From Antedon mediterranea (Eukaryota > Animalia > Echinodermata), in the NCBI RefSeq assembly GCF_964355755.1, contig NC_092671.1:9114001-9178000 (forward strand): a stretch of DNA of 64,000 nucleotides, written 5' to 3'. Shown one piece after another: positions 48,901-61,599 of the stretch. Position 1 is the first letter of the stretch. Each line of letters begins with the position of its first letter. Position numbers and translations under genes: made by a program. Below the pieces are notes generated by a model, which searched no databases, was not told the DNA's origin, and worked only from the letters and a program-made list of their open reading frames with translations.

Positions 48901-49443
48901 TATTCTCAGTATTTAGAGCCCAATTTTAAATCTCTACCACACATAGTTGCCGAGATATGGAAATTCTACATAGATAAAGGTTAAAGGTCAATAACCTTTA
49001 CTTCCAACCATTTTTTGACAAAATGTCTCATTACAATAAATGTAAATATGTACATTCTGAACAATTTGAGCCATCATTTGTTTCCCTACGGTCAGTTATT
49101 ATCAAGATACAACATATAAAGGTCAAAGGTCAAATTGTCAGAAATGGTATTTCCGGTCAATTTTGGCCAAAATGTTCTATTATAGCGAATATAAATATGC
49201 ATGTTCTGAGTATGTTGGTACCAAAATTATATCAATAGACCAAGTAGTTTAGGAGGTATGGCCATTTTCACTTTTTATCTATTTTGGCGGCCATCTTGAA
49301 AAAAACCACTTTCCGGGGGTCGAAATTCTTGAGACTTTTTTTCTGTTGTTTAGTAGACCCAATACTACCAAAATCCGTTGAAAAACCTTTTGTTGCAATT
49401 TTTTTGAGGTTGGCCCCTTTTTTTCATTAGTTCTACTCTACTA
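45907..49443. mobile_element. Academ-like (XPG/Cys-rich type) transposon derivative, palindromic, with inverted transposase C-terminal remnants
   Basis: Termini TAGTAGAGTAG...CTACTCTACTA with 3-bp TSD ata and long inverted arms. Remnant peptides LIGEDTDLLVLLLYH, HAFTGCDSTSRIFGIGKK, YELSPFPPSLFE..RKANK, PPTSSA..HSLRVYYQ..W and CNCTTGC..CCSC are disrupted by stops and frameshifts. Confidence 0.8.
47471..47720 (-). mobile_element. tRNA-derived SINE with an A-rich tail at the centre of the Academ derivative
   Basis: Minus-strand head ...ggttatgatgcttggctaccactccaagggtcctgagttcaagtccc, with tail aaaaaaactaaaaaaac. Confidence 0.55.
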
Positions 49444-50518
49444 ATAATATTCAATAGGATCGTGTGATCTGTTATACGGGCAAGAAAGAGTGAGTTTTAG
49501 AGCCTATAGTTATTTAAAACTGTAGACACCACAGTAATTTTAACCTTATACATTCAAAAGCGGCATTATTTCAAAATGACTTTATAATTGTTTCGGTAGG
49601 AGGAATAAACACAAACATACTCACATTTAAGTGTAAACGGCTATAAGCGTGATCTAAGCCATTGAACACAACGCATTGAAGTTTTTTTACTGTATCATTT
49701 TACTACACGGTGGTATGTCACAAATAAATTACCATAATAATAGGTCTTTATTTGCATTATACCTTTTCAACATTAATCCAACCAGGCTTTGGATGGCATT
49801 AGCAGACCTATCACCCGAAGTCCAGTTTAATAATAATAATAATTTATTTGCACTGCATTTTTCAGTGGCACACTTAACCTTGTGAAGGAGAGGGGGAAAG
49901 GGGGAGAGAGAGAAAAAAGGAAAACAAGTTTATTTATTCTTGTCTGAATCTACATCAAATTTTCTTTTTAAAAGCTTTTCAAGACTGAATGCGGAATCAA
50001 CTCAATCATTCACGCCTGATTTGATACTAAGCACACTTTTATAATCATAGGCTAGATCTTCATACTCAGCTATCGTAATTACACCAAATTAAATAGTCAT
50101 ACATTTCAATGTCAATAATATAATAATAATACAAATAACGCAAATTAGAGCATGTTTTAGACCATTTTAAGTATTGCGCAAGGAACATAAATGCTTGCTT
50201 GCACACGCAGCGCCATTTTCACAAATCGCGCATATTGTCAAACACACATTTGGAAGAAGAAACGTAGAATTAATGATACAATTTATTTATTGATGTCGTA
50301 AGCAATACAAATAGTTGAATCCAGAGAGAATTCTACCGAATTATTAAAAAATTATCTCCGATAAAGAATAATAATTCAATGATCAAAGTTAAAATTCTTC
50401 ATATTATTCGTTTAATATTCTCTGCATATGTCAATCCTTTCCCAACATTTTTGTGGACGGTGGTTCGAATCCACAAAGGATCGGATTTTACAAGTAAATG
50501 TTTTTTACAGAGCTCTCG

Positions 50519-53500
50519 TCACTTCTGTATCAAAGAACTGGTTTCAGTTGAATTATCTGCAGGTTTCGCCCATTCTTGTATCTCAGCACTACCAAAGACT
50601 AAAAATTGCAGCAGTCCTGCTGCCTGTACGCCGGCTGTAATCCAAAATACGCCTCGCCATTGGATCAACGTGTTCTGAAAAAAAAATTGATTAACAATAT
50701 AGGCTTATCCAATAGCGGCCTATAGGCCTACACTTTAATCCTGTAAAGTTGGAATGAAATTACTGTTTAGGAGGTATCGCTGGAATGACCACGGACGGAC
50801 TAATGGCATCGTAGCATACTATCCCGGAACATAATTTTAAAGTCATATGGTATAATCTTTTGATATGTCACTCCAGTAAAACTCGCATGTTCAACTTACA
50901 TCTATTTCTGTTAATGCTCCAACCACTGCTGGGCCAATAAACCCAGTAACACCAGAAAACGTAAACGCAATTCCTATTACTAATGCTGAATGATTGGGCG
51001 CAATATCCAAAGCATTTGCACTAATTGTTATCATACAAATTCCATACAATCCAAATGCAATAATCATAAGTATTACTGCAGTCCAAACATAAGAAATGTA
51101 TCCAATCAGAATGAGAAGAATTGATTGTATGCCAAGAACTGCAGGAATAAAAAAGGTGCATGTTATCTAAATAATTCATTAGATATGGCCATACTATTTG
51201 ATCCAACCTGAATCATCCATAACGAAACCGCCATTATATATTATTTAGTTTCCTAAGAATAATAGTAAGTAGTTTATTATTTTATTATTTATTATTATAT
51301 TATTATCATTTTAGAGGATTAGTACCAGGGAAGAGTGAAATTACAGTTATTTCAATCTTTTCCCTGCAGGCCTATGTCGTTTAAATATCTGGTATTCTTT
51401 TCGCGATTCAATCAAAAGCATGACATTTTTGCTTCAATTATAGATAACAAAAAGGCAATTAATACAATATATAATTCTGAATTATTTTCCATTTAAATAA
51501 AAAATTCTATAATTTTATGTTTACCTGCGATAAAAAATAATCCGTTCAGAAAATGTTCAATATTAAATACTTACCACCACAAGCAAACATTTTTCTTATA
51601 ACTATTTTGCTGATTTCAGTATTATTAATTAATTTGTCTGCAACAACTCCTCCAAAAATAATTGTAATGAAAGATGCAGTCTGGGCTATAGATAACAAGA
51701 CACCACTCTAAATAAAATAAATGCATATTGTTGAAAAGATATATTAATATTTTTAAATGATTAGAATCGTGTATCTATATATAAATTTACGTAAGGGCAA
51801 AATTCGGTAAATCTCGGTTTATTTCTAGAATTTCTACTCGATGGTATATAAAGTTGGTTCCTACTTTCGGTACTGATTTTAACCATCTGATGTAACCCTG
51901 TTTACTAATTAAATTGAGTTAGGTAATTAGTTATTGACGATTACAACGAATTTAGGTTCAACGATTTGCCCCAAATAGGGGTGTTTTCCGATCGTGGTAT
52001 ACACTGTCTAATGGATGTCCATCTTGAAAAATACCCGCCACAAAAATACGAGGAGGCTTCGCATTTTCCTATCTCCTCCTACGATAATTGTTTTTAATAG
52101 CTGAAAACTGGTTGAACAGCTAGAGTACAGCATCATAATGTTGAAGACAGGCCGATTTTCTTAAAAAAATACTATTTTGATAGATTTAATATACGATTAT
52201 ACAAATGTATTGATTTGCGATGAATGGAACATTCCAATCTCTGTTTCACAAGTGTCTATTCCTTCAGGCGTCGTAAAGGCAAGTACAGTACTGTATACTC
52301 GAAATTCGATCCATTTTTGTTTTCAATCTGTGCTGCAGAGGTTGGATATAATTTTTTTTTAAACGGATAATGAGCTAGCGTTTTCACTCGCCGTATATTA
52401 TGTACAAATCTTTATTATTGCAGTTAAACCACCCACATCATCACCTTTCCCTCACTGGCATGAGTAGCGTTGTAAAACCAGTAGAGAATAGACCTACGGT
52501 ACATCACATGCCCTAAACGCAGAACAACTTTAGTGGGTAGGGTAGGAACCAACTTAAGTATGAATTGGCTCTAAGAAACAATTGAAAACCATTAGGCCTA
52601 CTAATTAAGTTGAGTTAGATAACTTAATATTTATTGACGATTAAATCGAATTTATGATTTTCCCCGAATAGAGGTGGTTTTCACAAATTGTTTTACATTA
52701 TATTATAAACATATACACGTCGTAGTGATGTATCGTTACATGTGCTGTACTATTTCAATCGACTAGGACGGTGATAGTTTCAACAAAGTATTACATCGCA
52801 ATGTTTTACTGTGTTTAGTGGTATATTATTTGTAAAACATGAAAGCAATTAATATTTCGTTACTAAATGGATAAAGAATATATTTTAACATTGTTCCTCT
52901 TTGCACCCATCCTCTTCCCCATCTCTCAACCCTAATGTTACATACAAAACACAAATTAAGTTTGTTTAAATTTGACTTAAACAATTGGTCTTATTTTGTG
53001 ACAAGTTTCTCTTTCGGAAGTAATAGGGTGCTAATTTTAGTTGAGTACATAAATCACAGTGTCTATTTATTCGTTCCTGTACACGACATGTATTATTGTC
53101 CTGCGGTACGTACATTTGAAATCGCCAGTTTTTTAACGCTGAAATTATTATGTATTCGAGAACCATCTGTGGGCACGACCTAGATGGTACGCGAGCGAAG
53201 CGAGCGTACCATCTAGTATATTACAATGATCATTTGTGGAACACGATTGGGTACACCCGTCGACTTTCTGAGAAATAAATGCAATACGGAAAGAAAATCG
53301 CGTCTTGGCGTGGGTTTATTAACAACACTATGTTACGCTTTTAATTACAAGTTTATTGCCTGTTCAGAAGTTAATTGTCTATTGCAATTTTTACTTACCA
53401 TTGTAATGTCAAACTTTAATATTGTTTCAAAAAAGATTGGCATATCTGTACTTAGTAGATATATACCAAGATCGGCTCCAATCAAATATATACATATTGA

Positions 53501-55739
53501 CCAAACTGGTGCTGACATAGCTAGCTCCTTCCAAAGTACTGTGTGAACCTTTAGGGAAAAAAAACCCCAAAAACCTAATTTCATAAATTGCCTTTAAAGG
53601 ACCATGTTGTGTACTATAATTGTATGGCTGCCCGGTAACCGTGTAAGGCAGTGGACAGTAGAAAAATTCCTATAGTATCTAGGCCTACCGTACCAAATAT
53701 AAATAAAGGGATTGTTTTAGGTTGCTCGTTCTGCTTTACCGCTGACAAAACATAATTATTTTTTATTATCATTGTTGCACATTATAATAAATAATAGACA
53801 CTTGCATTAGGCCCTATCTGAACGCATTATATCATTATTTCACCTTTGCATTCTGCATCTCTGTTAAGTGAGATATTTGTATTGATTCTTTCTCAAATTC
53901 AGATATCCATCGATTATTGGTTACGTCACTAGATCCCACAATGCACCAACATAAACACCAGATGATTCCAGCAATACCTTAGATGAAATGGTTATAAAAT
54001 ATTAAATTGTAGCCTTTATTTATTGTCTAATTTATAGGAAGGAAACTAAAGCAGCTGAAAATAATTATTAAGAGATTTCAATGTACCTTACCAAATATAT
54101 AAAATGTAGATGGCCACCCTCCTAAAATCTTCGATGTTGTAAGCAATGGAGAGGCGTAGCTAGCTACAATTGCTCCAATACTGTAGCCTATAAAAACAAA
54201 CTTCTCACCTTATACTATAGTTCATAATGTACGGTACTAGGATCGAAATCACACTTATAAATAATAATAAATTGTAGTCGAACTTTGTAAAAGATTCTAA
54301 ACAACAACAAACAAACCAGGCAGACGATATATTAAGGGGTTAGCTTCGGGACCCAACAAAGTATCCCCTTAATGTTGGTGTTCTCCGTTGTGTTATTCGT
54401 AGTGCCCTTCGTTTGTTTCACATTGGATGTGGTGTCTCGGAGGAGGGGGTCTAACCGCCTTACTAGTCTCAGTGCATCTGCATTGTCATCTCAATACATG
54501 TCCGATGTAACTACTGTATGCTTACCGGAAGTTGAAATTGACACAAATGTACTACGTTCATTTAATTTTGACCATTTTGCTATGATACCAATCGTAGCAG
54601 CAACTACCATGCCCTGTGATATATAGGTAGAAAATAGGTCATTGAGTAACTAAACCATTGAATGATGGAAATTATTAGTACTGCATTGTATCTATAATTT
54701 GATAGACAGACAATATAGAGACAATGAAAAAAGTCCACAACCTGTCCAAATCCATCGATTATTCTACTAATGATCAAAAGGCCAATTCCACATCCTGCAG
54801 CAAATGGCGACAACAGTGCTACCAGAGAAGATATTGTCACGGCAGATAATAGAACAGGGAAGCCGCCGTATTTACCAACTAACCATCCACCAATCATAGG
54901 TGTAACAGAATACCCGTAATAGAATGCACCCAAGATGACTTGTTGCGTTTTCATGTCCCAGTCAAATGTATTTTTCTGCAATATAAATTTAACACACCAA
55001 TAGTTGATAATTTAGGTGGATTAATGCCGAACATTATTTATAATTCATATCTAAAGCTCTGTCTACACTATAAAACGTTATATGAAAAAAAAAATGTGAT
55101 GTGTCCATATGGACATGGTGATGTCATATCACTACCATATTGAAGCATATCACTACCATATTTGGGCACATCACACTTTTTTGTCAAACTAGTTTGATAG
55201 TGTAGACATAGCTTACTGAATGATGTCTAAATTAATTTAAAAACATAATAAAAATAATGTCAGTAGACGGTTTTTTATCAAAACCTCTAGAGTTTGCATA
55301 GTTTGGCGTACCATAAATAGCATGACAATACTCCAATTTGTACGAACGATGATGCTTAAAATATTTGCAACACAACACATAGCTACAGTAATATATCGAA
55401 TATGCAATCTAGGTGGCAAATCTGTAAGAAAAAAAACATGCCAGCGTTTCAATTGTTACCCATATGTTCCCTGCTGAAGATTTTAATGATAGTTTCAATT
55501 ATAGGTTTACCCAGAGTGGCCTACTACAGTATTTATTAGGTATCATAGATTAATATTCTAGAAAACTGTATTAATTAACATACTCCGACGGGTTAATGAT
55601 TATAGTAGAACACTTTTTCACGGGTAGGTATATAGGCTTATATTGCTATTACATTAACAATTGTAACTGTATTACCTTTATGTAAAATCGGTTTACTTTC
55701 CTTGTTTTCTGCTGTGACATCTTGTTTTTGTATTATCAT
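50519..55739 (-). CDS. SLC17/sialin-like transporter, copy 2, ~467 aa; exons 55739-55676, 55421-55312, 54975-54742, 54613-54526, 54187-54092, 53977-53844, 53548-53399, 51707-51575, 51138-50900, 50674-50519
   Basis: Same 10-exon layout and near-identical exon sizes as copy 1. The total of 1404 nt is in frame. Confidence 0.88.
53178..53216 (+). mobile_element. Helitron-like 3' end hairpin ending in CTAG|T
   Basis: ctagatggtacgc-gagcgaagcga-gcgtaccatctag|t. A possible 5' end A|TCTATATATA lies at 51774. Confidence 0.45.
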
Positions 55740-56453
55740 TATTAGTTCTTAAAACTTAAATGATTAATTCACTGTACAGAGATGCTCCTGTAACCTTTCC
55801 TGGTGGTTTTTAAAATCCGAAATTATATTTTCTTTTTAACCTGTACTTGACCGAAACACACATAGCTCACAAGTAATGGCTAACAGCAGCACTATAACTG
55901 TGACTCTTTAAATACCGACCAATTAAAAATGGACAAACTCAGACAACAAGTTAATGATTAAAAATAGAATTATTTTATATTTTATTTTTTCGAAACGAAT
56001 ATTAAACTAACTCAAGCTGTGTAGTATAATCACGAATGTTCAATAAAGTCTAGCAATCTATTAATGTAATGTATTCACATTGTTTAGAACAACTTTACTT
56101 TAAAATCGCAATTGATTTCGAACGATAATTAGGCCTACCAAGAACATTGGCATTCTTTTTAAAAGTTGTATTTGCTTGGCCCACAAAAAGATATCTTAAG
56201 GTTAAAAATAAAATATAAACTTTTACAACAACCCCAATAATAACCCCACAAGAAAGAAAGAAAAAGAAAAGGAAAGAAAATGCTATATTCACCACCAAAA
56301 CTTCTATAATATATTACGAGAGGTGTTAATTATCAAGGTTTGTTCCTCAGTAAATGATTTGCCAAACCCATCGTGTGCCCGGGTGTTCCAGCAAGTACAG
56401 ACTGCATTATAACATTGCTCCTCGATAAACAACAACAATGAATAACTGTTAAT

Positions 56454-57263
56454 TTTTAGTCGCGTGGAAGCGACTCTATAGTTCACTATGTCGGTCGGTC
56501 GGTCTGTCTGTCTGTCTGTCTGTCGGTCTGTCTGTCGGTCTGTCTGTCTGTCGGTCCGGTATCACTATGCGTTTTATCGCTTTCTGACCTTATCTTGATA
56601 TCAGTTTAATCTAGCTAGGTCAATTTTTCACAGTATATTCCTTATGGCCAGGAATCAATGTGGTTATGTTTTCACGGTGCGCAATACAAAATTACGCGGT
56701 CTACGCACGATTTAACGAAATCACGTTTGTAATCATATCTTCACAACCATGAATCACAATTAAATAAAATTTGGTACTCATAAATTTCAGGGCATAAATC
56801 ATCATATGGCAATACAATTACGTGCGTAGCGCATGTAACGCATGCGTACGCGCGCTTAACATTTTCAAAATTTATTTTCGATGAAATAAGAGTACATTTC
56901 AGGCAATTTTAAGCGTTTACAAAATTGCCATGAGTGCGCATATTTTTGCGCGCGCACTGCGCGTTAAATGTTATTGCGCACTCTTTTTGCCCGATTTCTG
57001 TTTTCTTGACTTACTTTTCAACTCGAAATTACGTTATACGAGCACGTCGAAAGTGACAGGCTACGCACGTGTAAATTAAAAAAAAATAAATGTTTTTAAA
57101 CATTTCAACATTTTTAAACATGTTCAGTAATTTCGGTCAGTATAGTTCACTATGTCAGTCAGTCGGTCTCTGTCTGTCTGTCTGTCGGTCTGTCTGTCGG
57201 TCTGTCTGTCGGTCCGGTATCACTATGCATTGTAGCACGCGACTTAATGGCTGTTGGCCTTGT
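56454..57263 (+). mobile_element. Helentron-associated (HINE/DINE-1-like) element; second copy, inverted and partial, at ~63838-64000
   Basis: T-rich insertion site, subterminal IR agtcgcgtg / cacgcgact, (GTCY)n microsatellites and a duplicated 5' block. Confidence 0.7.
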
Positions 57264-57349
57264 TTGTTATTGTTTCAATTAACTGTTTTTCACAGCACCA
57301 AAGTAGAAATAAGGAAACCTTTCTTGGCTATCCTTGTGACCAATGTCTG

Positions 57350-58372
57350 TTCCTTTGCGCAAATGTTTCTATTTAAGATTTATTTTGATGTTAATGTTAC
57401 TTCAAATTATACAACTGTCAAACAATTCTATTCCACTTTTACCGATGTAGCATATAAAGCGTGCATACCAAAAGCACAAGATAAATGGGAAACCAAACTT
57501 CAAAATTGTTTTATTGACTGGAATCTATGTTGGAAAAACAAAGTTTAGAATATGTTGCACATAAAAAGAGTGGCTTTCTTTAATTTTAAGTTGCTACATA
57601 AAATTTTATCAACTAAGTGTAAGCTAAAATTATGGAATTTGTCAAACAGTAATTATTGTGAATATTGTAATGAGGAGGTTGAAAATGAAAAGCATATGTT
57701 ATTTAAATGCAAAGAAGTAAAACATTGCTGGGTAAAATGTTGCGCTATGCTGAAAACATGTTTTGCATTTACTCAGGAAGTTACATGGGAATTAATTGTA
57801 CTTGGAAAATATGATGTCAAAATTAATGAAATATTTTCCATTTTAACTTTCTGTGTTTATAAAAGTAAAGTCAAACATAGACTAGGACTTGTTAAAAAAT
57901 GTCCATGGTTAATGTTCACTGCGGAGTTAGAAGGTATAATCAATTGTGAGTTTTTAATAAATAAAGAAAAGGCAAACAAAATGCAGTCAGATATGGACCG
58001 TAACAATTTAGCAAGGTATAAAATTAACATTTATAAAATTGATATTTAGGTAAAGTAAAATATAACTTTTTTTGATTGCCATAAAGAGATAAAAAGAGTT
58101 ATAAAATAAAGAATTCTGTGGTAAATTATACGTACATTGTTAAGGATTGAAAAACGAGTGTATAACATAGAGGAAAGTATTTTTTTTTCTTCTTTCCTTA
58201 TACTATTATTATAAAATGCAATTGTAGGAGTGAGATATCAGATGTACTGATTATTTAATGTCAGTTATATTGTATTGTATCATTACATTACTCATGTGCA
58301 ATGCATTGTAAACGAACATTTTATTGATGAAGAAATAAAAGTGGGTCGATCCTACATAAGACAAAAAAAAAG
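57350..58372 (+). mobile_element. Tx1/L1-like LINE 3' remnant (zf-RVT region)
   Basis: KWE...IDW..CW and FNFKLLHKILST..KL...CEYC.EEVE..KHMLFKC..V..CW, ending in aataaa and an A-tract. Confidence 0.78.
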
Positions 58373-58725
58373 TTTTATTTTGATATTGATGTACTGTGTT
58401 TGAATTGACCTTGATTACTTAATAAAGAAACTCAAACTCAAATAGATTTTGTTTTAATCATTCAAAACTCTTTTCACAATATTTTCCTAACAATTCTAAG
58501 AACTGTATCTAGATTTCTAATGTATCGACTAGTACCATAATTACATAACTCTTTTGACCATGGGATACTGTAATTTTCCTGTAAGGAAATATTGTCATGG
58601 AAAGACAACACCGGGTACTGGTTCGATCCACGCTGAGCTCGGATTTTACAGAAAATGTTTTTGTGGTGCTTTTCCATCATCCTTAATAATATAAGGAATT
58701 ATGTTATGGTTGTTTGAGTATCACA

Positions 58726-61516
58726 TCAGTCAATGGTTGTCTCCACATCAGTCACTTCTGTCTTTAACAAAGAAGTAGTTTCAGTTGAATTATCGGCAGG
58801 TTTCGCCCATTCTTGTATCTCAGCACTACCGAAGACCAAAAAATGAAGCAGTCCTACTGTCTGTACGCCGGCTGCAATCCAAAATACGCTTCGCCATTGG
58901 ATCATCGTGTTCTGAAAAAATAGTACATTTAATCCAGTCAAATCTGTAAAGACTGAGAAGGACATGTTCTTGAAATAACGTGGGACCAAGGGCATTGAAT
59001 TTCAAAAGTGTTCAATTCAATATTACTGTACTTTGTTATGGTTAATCTTGTTTCTTCTCGCAAATCTAGCTCATATACTTACATCTATTTCTGTTAATGC
59101 TCCAACCACTGCTGGGCTAATAAACCCAGTAACACCAGAAAACGTAAATGCAATGCCGATTACTAAAGTTGAATGATTGGGCGCAATATCCAAACCATTT
59201 GCACAAAATATGGTGATACAAATTCCATACAATCCAAATGCAATAATCATAAGTATTACTGCAGTCCAAACATAAGAAATGTATCCAATCAGAATGAGAA
59301 GAATTGATTGTATGCCAAGAACTGCAGGAATAAAAAAGGTTTATGTTAAAATTACCTACGCCTAGTTTACTGTTTAATTACATTTATGATGGTCATGGAA
59401 ATGGAATCTGGTGGTAATAATAATAATAATAATAATACCACATTTATATAGCGCCCTTTTCATGAGTAATCATGCTCAAAGGCGCTTTACAAGCATTATT
59501 ACCCCAGTATTTTTTGGGATCAAACACGTATGGAAACATACTCCCATAATGCAGCCGGTAACCAGCGCAAAGTTGTGTCTAGATCTAACTGGGTACCCAT
59601 TTATACACCTGGGTGGAGAGAGGCAACGTAAGTAAAGTATCTTGCCTACGGATACAAGCAATGCGGCGAGAGTTGGATTCGAACCTAGGTCTGACGATCG
59701 GTAGTCCAACGTCCAACACACACAATAGAAGTCTCTATAAACAGCAGGTCCAATGTACACCTAGGTATCACCAGAAATATATGGCATGATCTTGGCGCGC
59801 ACAAGAAACAGTATGTCTGTTGCTTCAATCAATATAGGTATAGGCCTAACGTGTTCAGCTTAACAAATTACCTAATATATTTTTACTAGCCACCACAAAA
59901 TAATGCGGTCAAAATGAATACTTACAACCACAAGCAAAGAGTTTTCTTAAATGTGTTTTGCTGATTTCAGTGTTATTAGATAATTTGTCCGCAAGAATTC
60001 CTCCAAAAATAGTTGTAAGAAAAAAGGCAATCTGGGCAATACATAACAAGTAACCGCTCTACATATTAAAAAAAAAGAAGTGTATTTATAATATGTAATT
60101 TATAATAATGTTAATTTAGACCTCACTGGTTTAGGCGAGGAGAGAAATGTTATATCAGGGAAGAGTGACTTTCCACTTTTACTGGTTTATACTATTTTAA
60201 AGAAGATTCGCAATATAGCCCAGGGACTGAACAGACTTACCATTTCAACATCAAACTGTAATATTGTTTCAAAAAAGATAGGAATATCTGAGGTTAGTAG
60301 ATACACACCGAAATCAAGTCCAATACAATAGATACATATTGCCCAAACTGGTGCCGACATAGCTAGCTCCTTCCAATTTACTATGTGATCCTTTAAGAAA
60401 ACGTAAAAACTAATTTCATTTAGTTAAAACTGTTTTGAGTGAGAATACTAATAGGATTGTTGTTCAGATGAGTAGTCAAAGTCTGTGTTTATATTCTTTA
60501 GACAATTGGAGATCTTGTCCACAGCTCTGACTATAGAAGGGTTAACACCGCATTATTTTGGATGATCTGGACGTATCCAGAATTTTGAAATACTGGAGGT
60601 GAGCAGCTTAAAAAATGTAAATGAGTTGGAGCTAATCCAATTTGTAGTTTAGTTTTCTTTCCGACATTTAGATGAAGGGAAGATACTATGAATACTATGA
60701 AGTATACAGCCTTACATGACTAAATGTACATTTTTATTTCACCTTTATGTTTTGTATTTCTATTGATTGAGATGTTGTTATCGATTCTTTCTCAAATTCA
60801 GATATCCATCGATTATTGGTTACGTCACTAGATCCCACAATGCACCAACATAAACACCAGATGATTTCAGCAATACCTGAAAGTAAAATCTATTTTTGTT
60901 TTAATATATTGTAGATAGAAACACGTGTGTATGGTTATACAAGTTTCTTTTATTGGTAGGAAAATATACTGAAAAATAGAGTTTATTAATAAAATTCATC
61001 TGTTGAAATAGGTTACCAAATATATAAAATGTAGATGACCACCCTGCTAGAATCGTCGATGTTATAAGAAATGGAGATACGTAGCTAGATGCAATTGCCC
61101 CTATACTGTAGCCTACAAAACATAAGGAAAAACAAAACTGTTAAGAAAACTCACTACTTATAAATACTTAGATCAATACTCAAATCGATAAGTGAAAATA
61201 AAAATAGCAGATAAGTAATAAGTACTATATTCGTCTCTGTCTCGATCCAAAGGAGAAAGGAATTGCCTATCTTGTATTACATGAAAATAAGTGGAAATGT
61301 TCCACCAGGTATCCGTAGACCTAAATGTGTCCTCGTCCTATCGCGTCTAGTACCCCTCTCACAATTATTTGTATATATACAAATGTTATGTTAAAGTTTT
61401 AGAAATGCCATGTGTTAAAATTGCTCACCAGAAACTGTAATTGACACAAATGTGCTACGTTCACTTAATTTCGACCATTTTCCAATGATATCAATTATTG
61501 CAACATATACTACGCC
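58726..61516 (-). CDS. SLC17/sialin-like transporter, copy 3 (5' exons not found in window); exons 61516-61429, 61112-61017, 60876-60743, 60390-60241, 60058-59926, 59321-59083, 58911-58726
   Basis: Exon sizes (88, 96, 134, 150, 133, 239) and peptides are paralogous to copies 1 and 2, with open frames. Confidence 0.85.
59413..59722 (-). mobile_element. CORE-type tRNA SINE with an L2-like tail
   Basis: B-box ggttcgaatcc and core ggcaagatacttta...tgcctctctccacccaggtgtataaatgggtacc. The tail is aagcgcctttgag...gggcgctatataaat followed by (att)n. Confidence 0.75.
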
Positions 61517-61599
61517 CTGTTCACCGACAGAGAAACAATGATTCATTATGATTAAATAAATTAAGACATTGTGTAGCCGATATTATTAACTTTCCTTCA

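Noticed and set aside
46103-49238. Two near-identical 71-aa ORFs on opposite strands
   Set aside because: They are a by-product of the non-coding inverted arms of the Academ derivative.
51774-53216. A single full Helitron with captured host sequence
   Set aside because: The TC and CTAG ends fit, but the interval includes sequence (~52720-52790) homologous to the same intron of SLC17 copy 1 (~42297-42372). Separate insertions into the ancestral intron are at least as likely, so only the 3' hairpin is reported.
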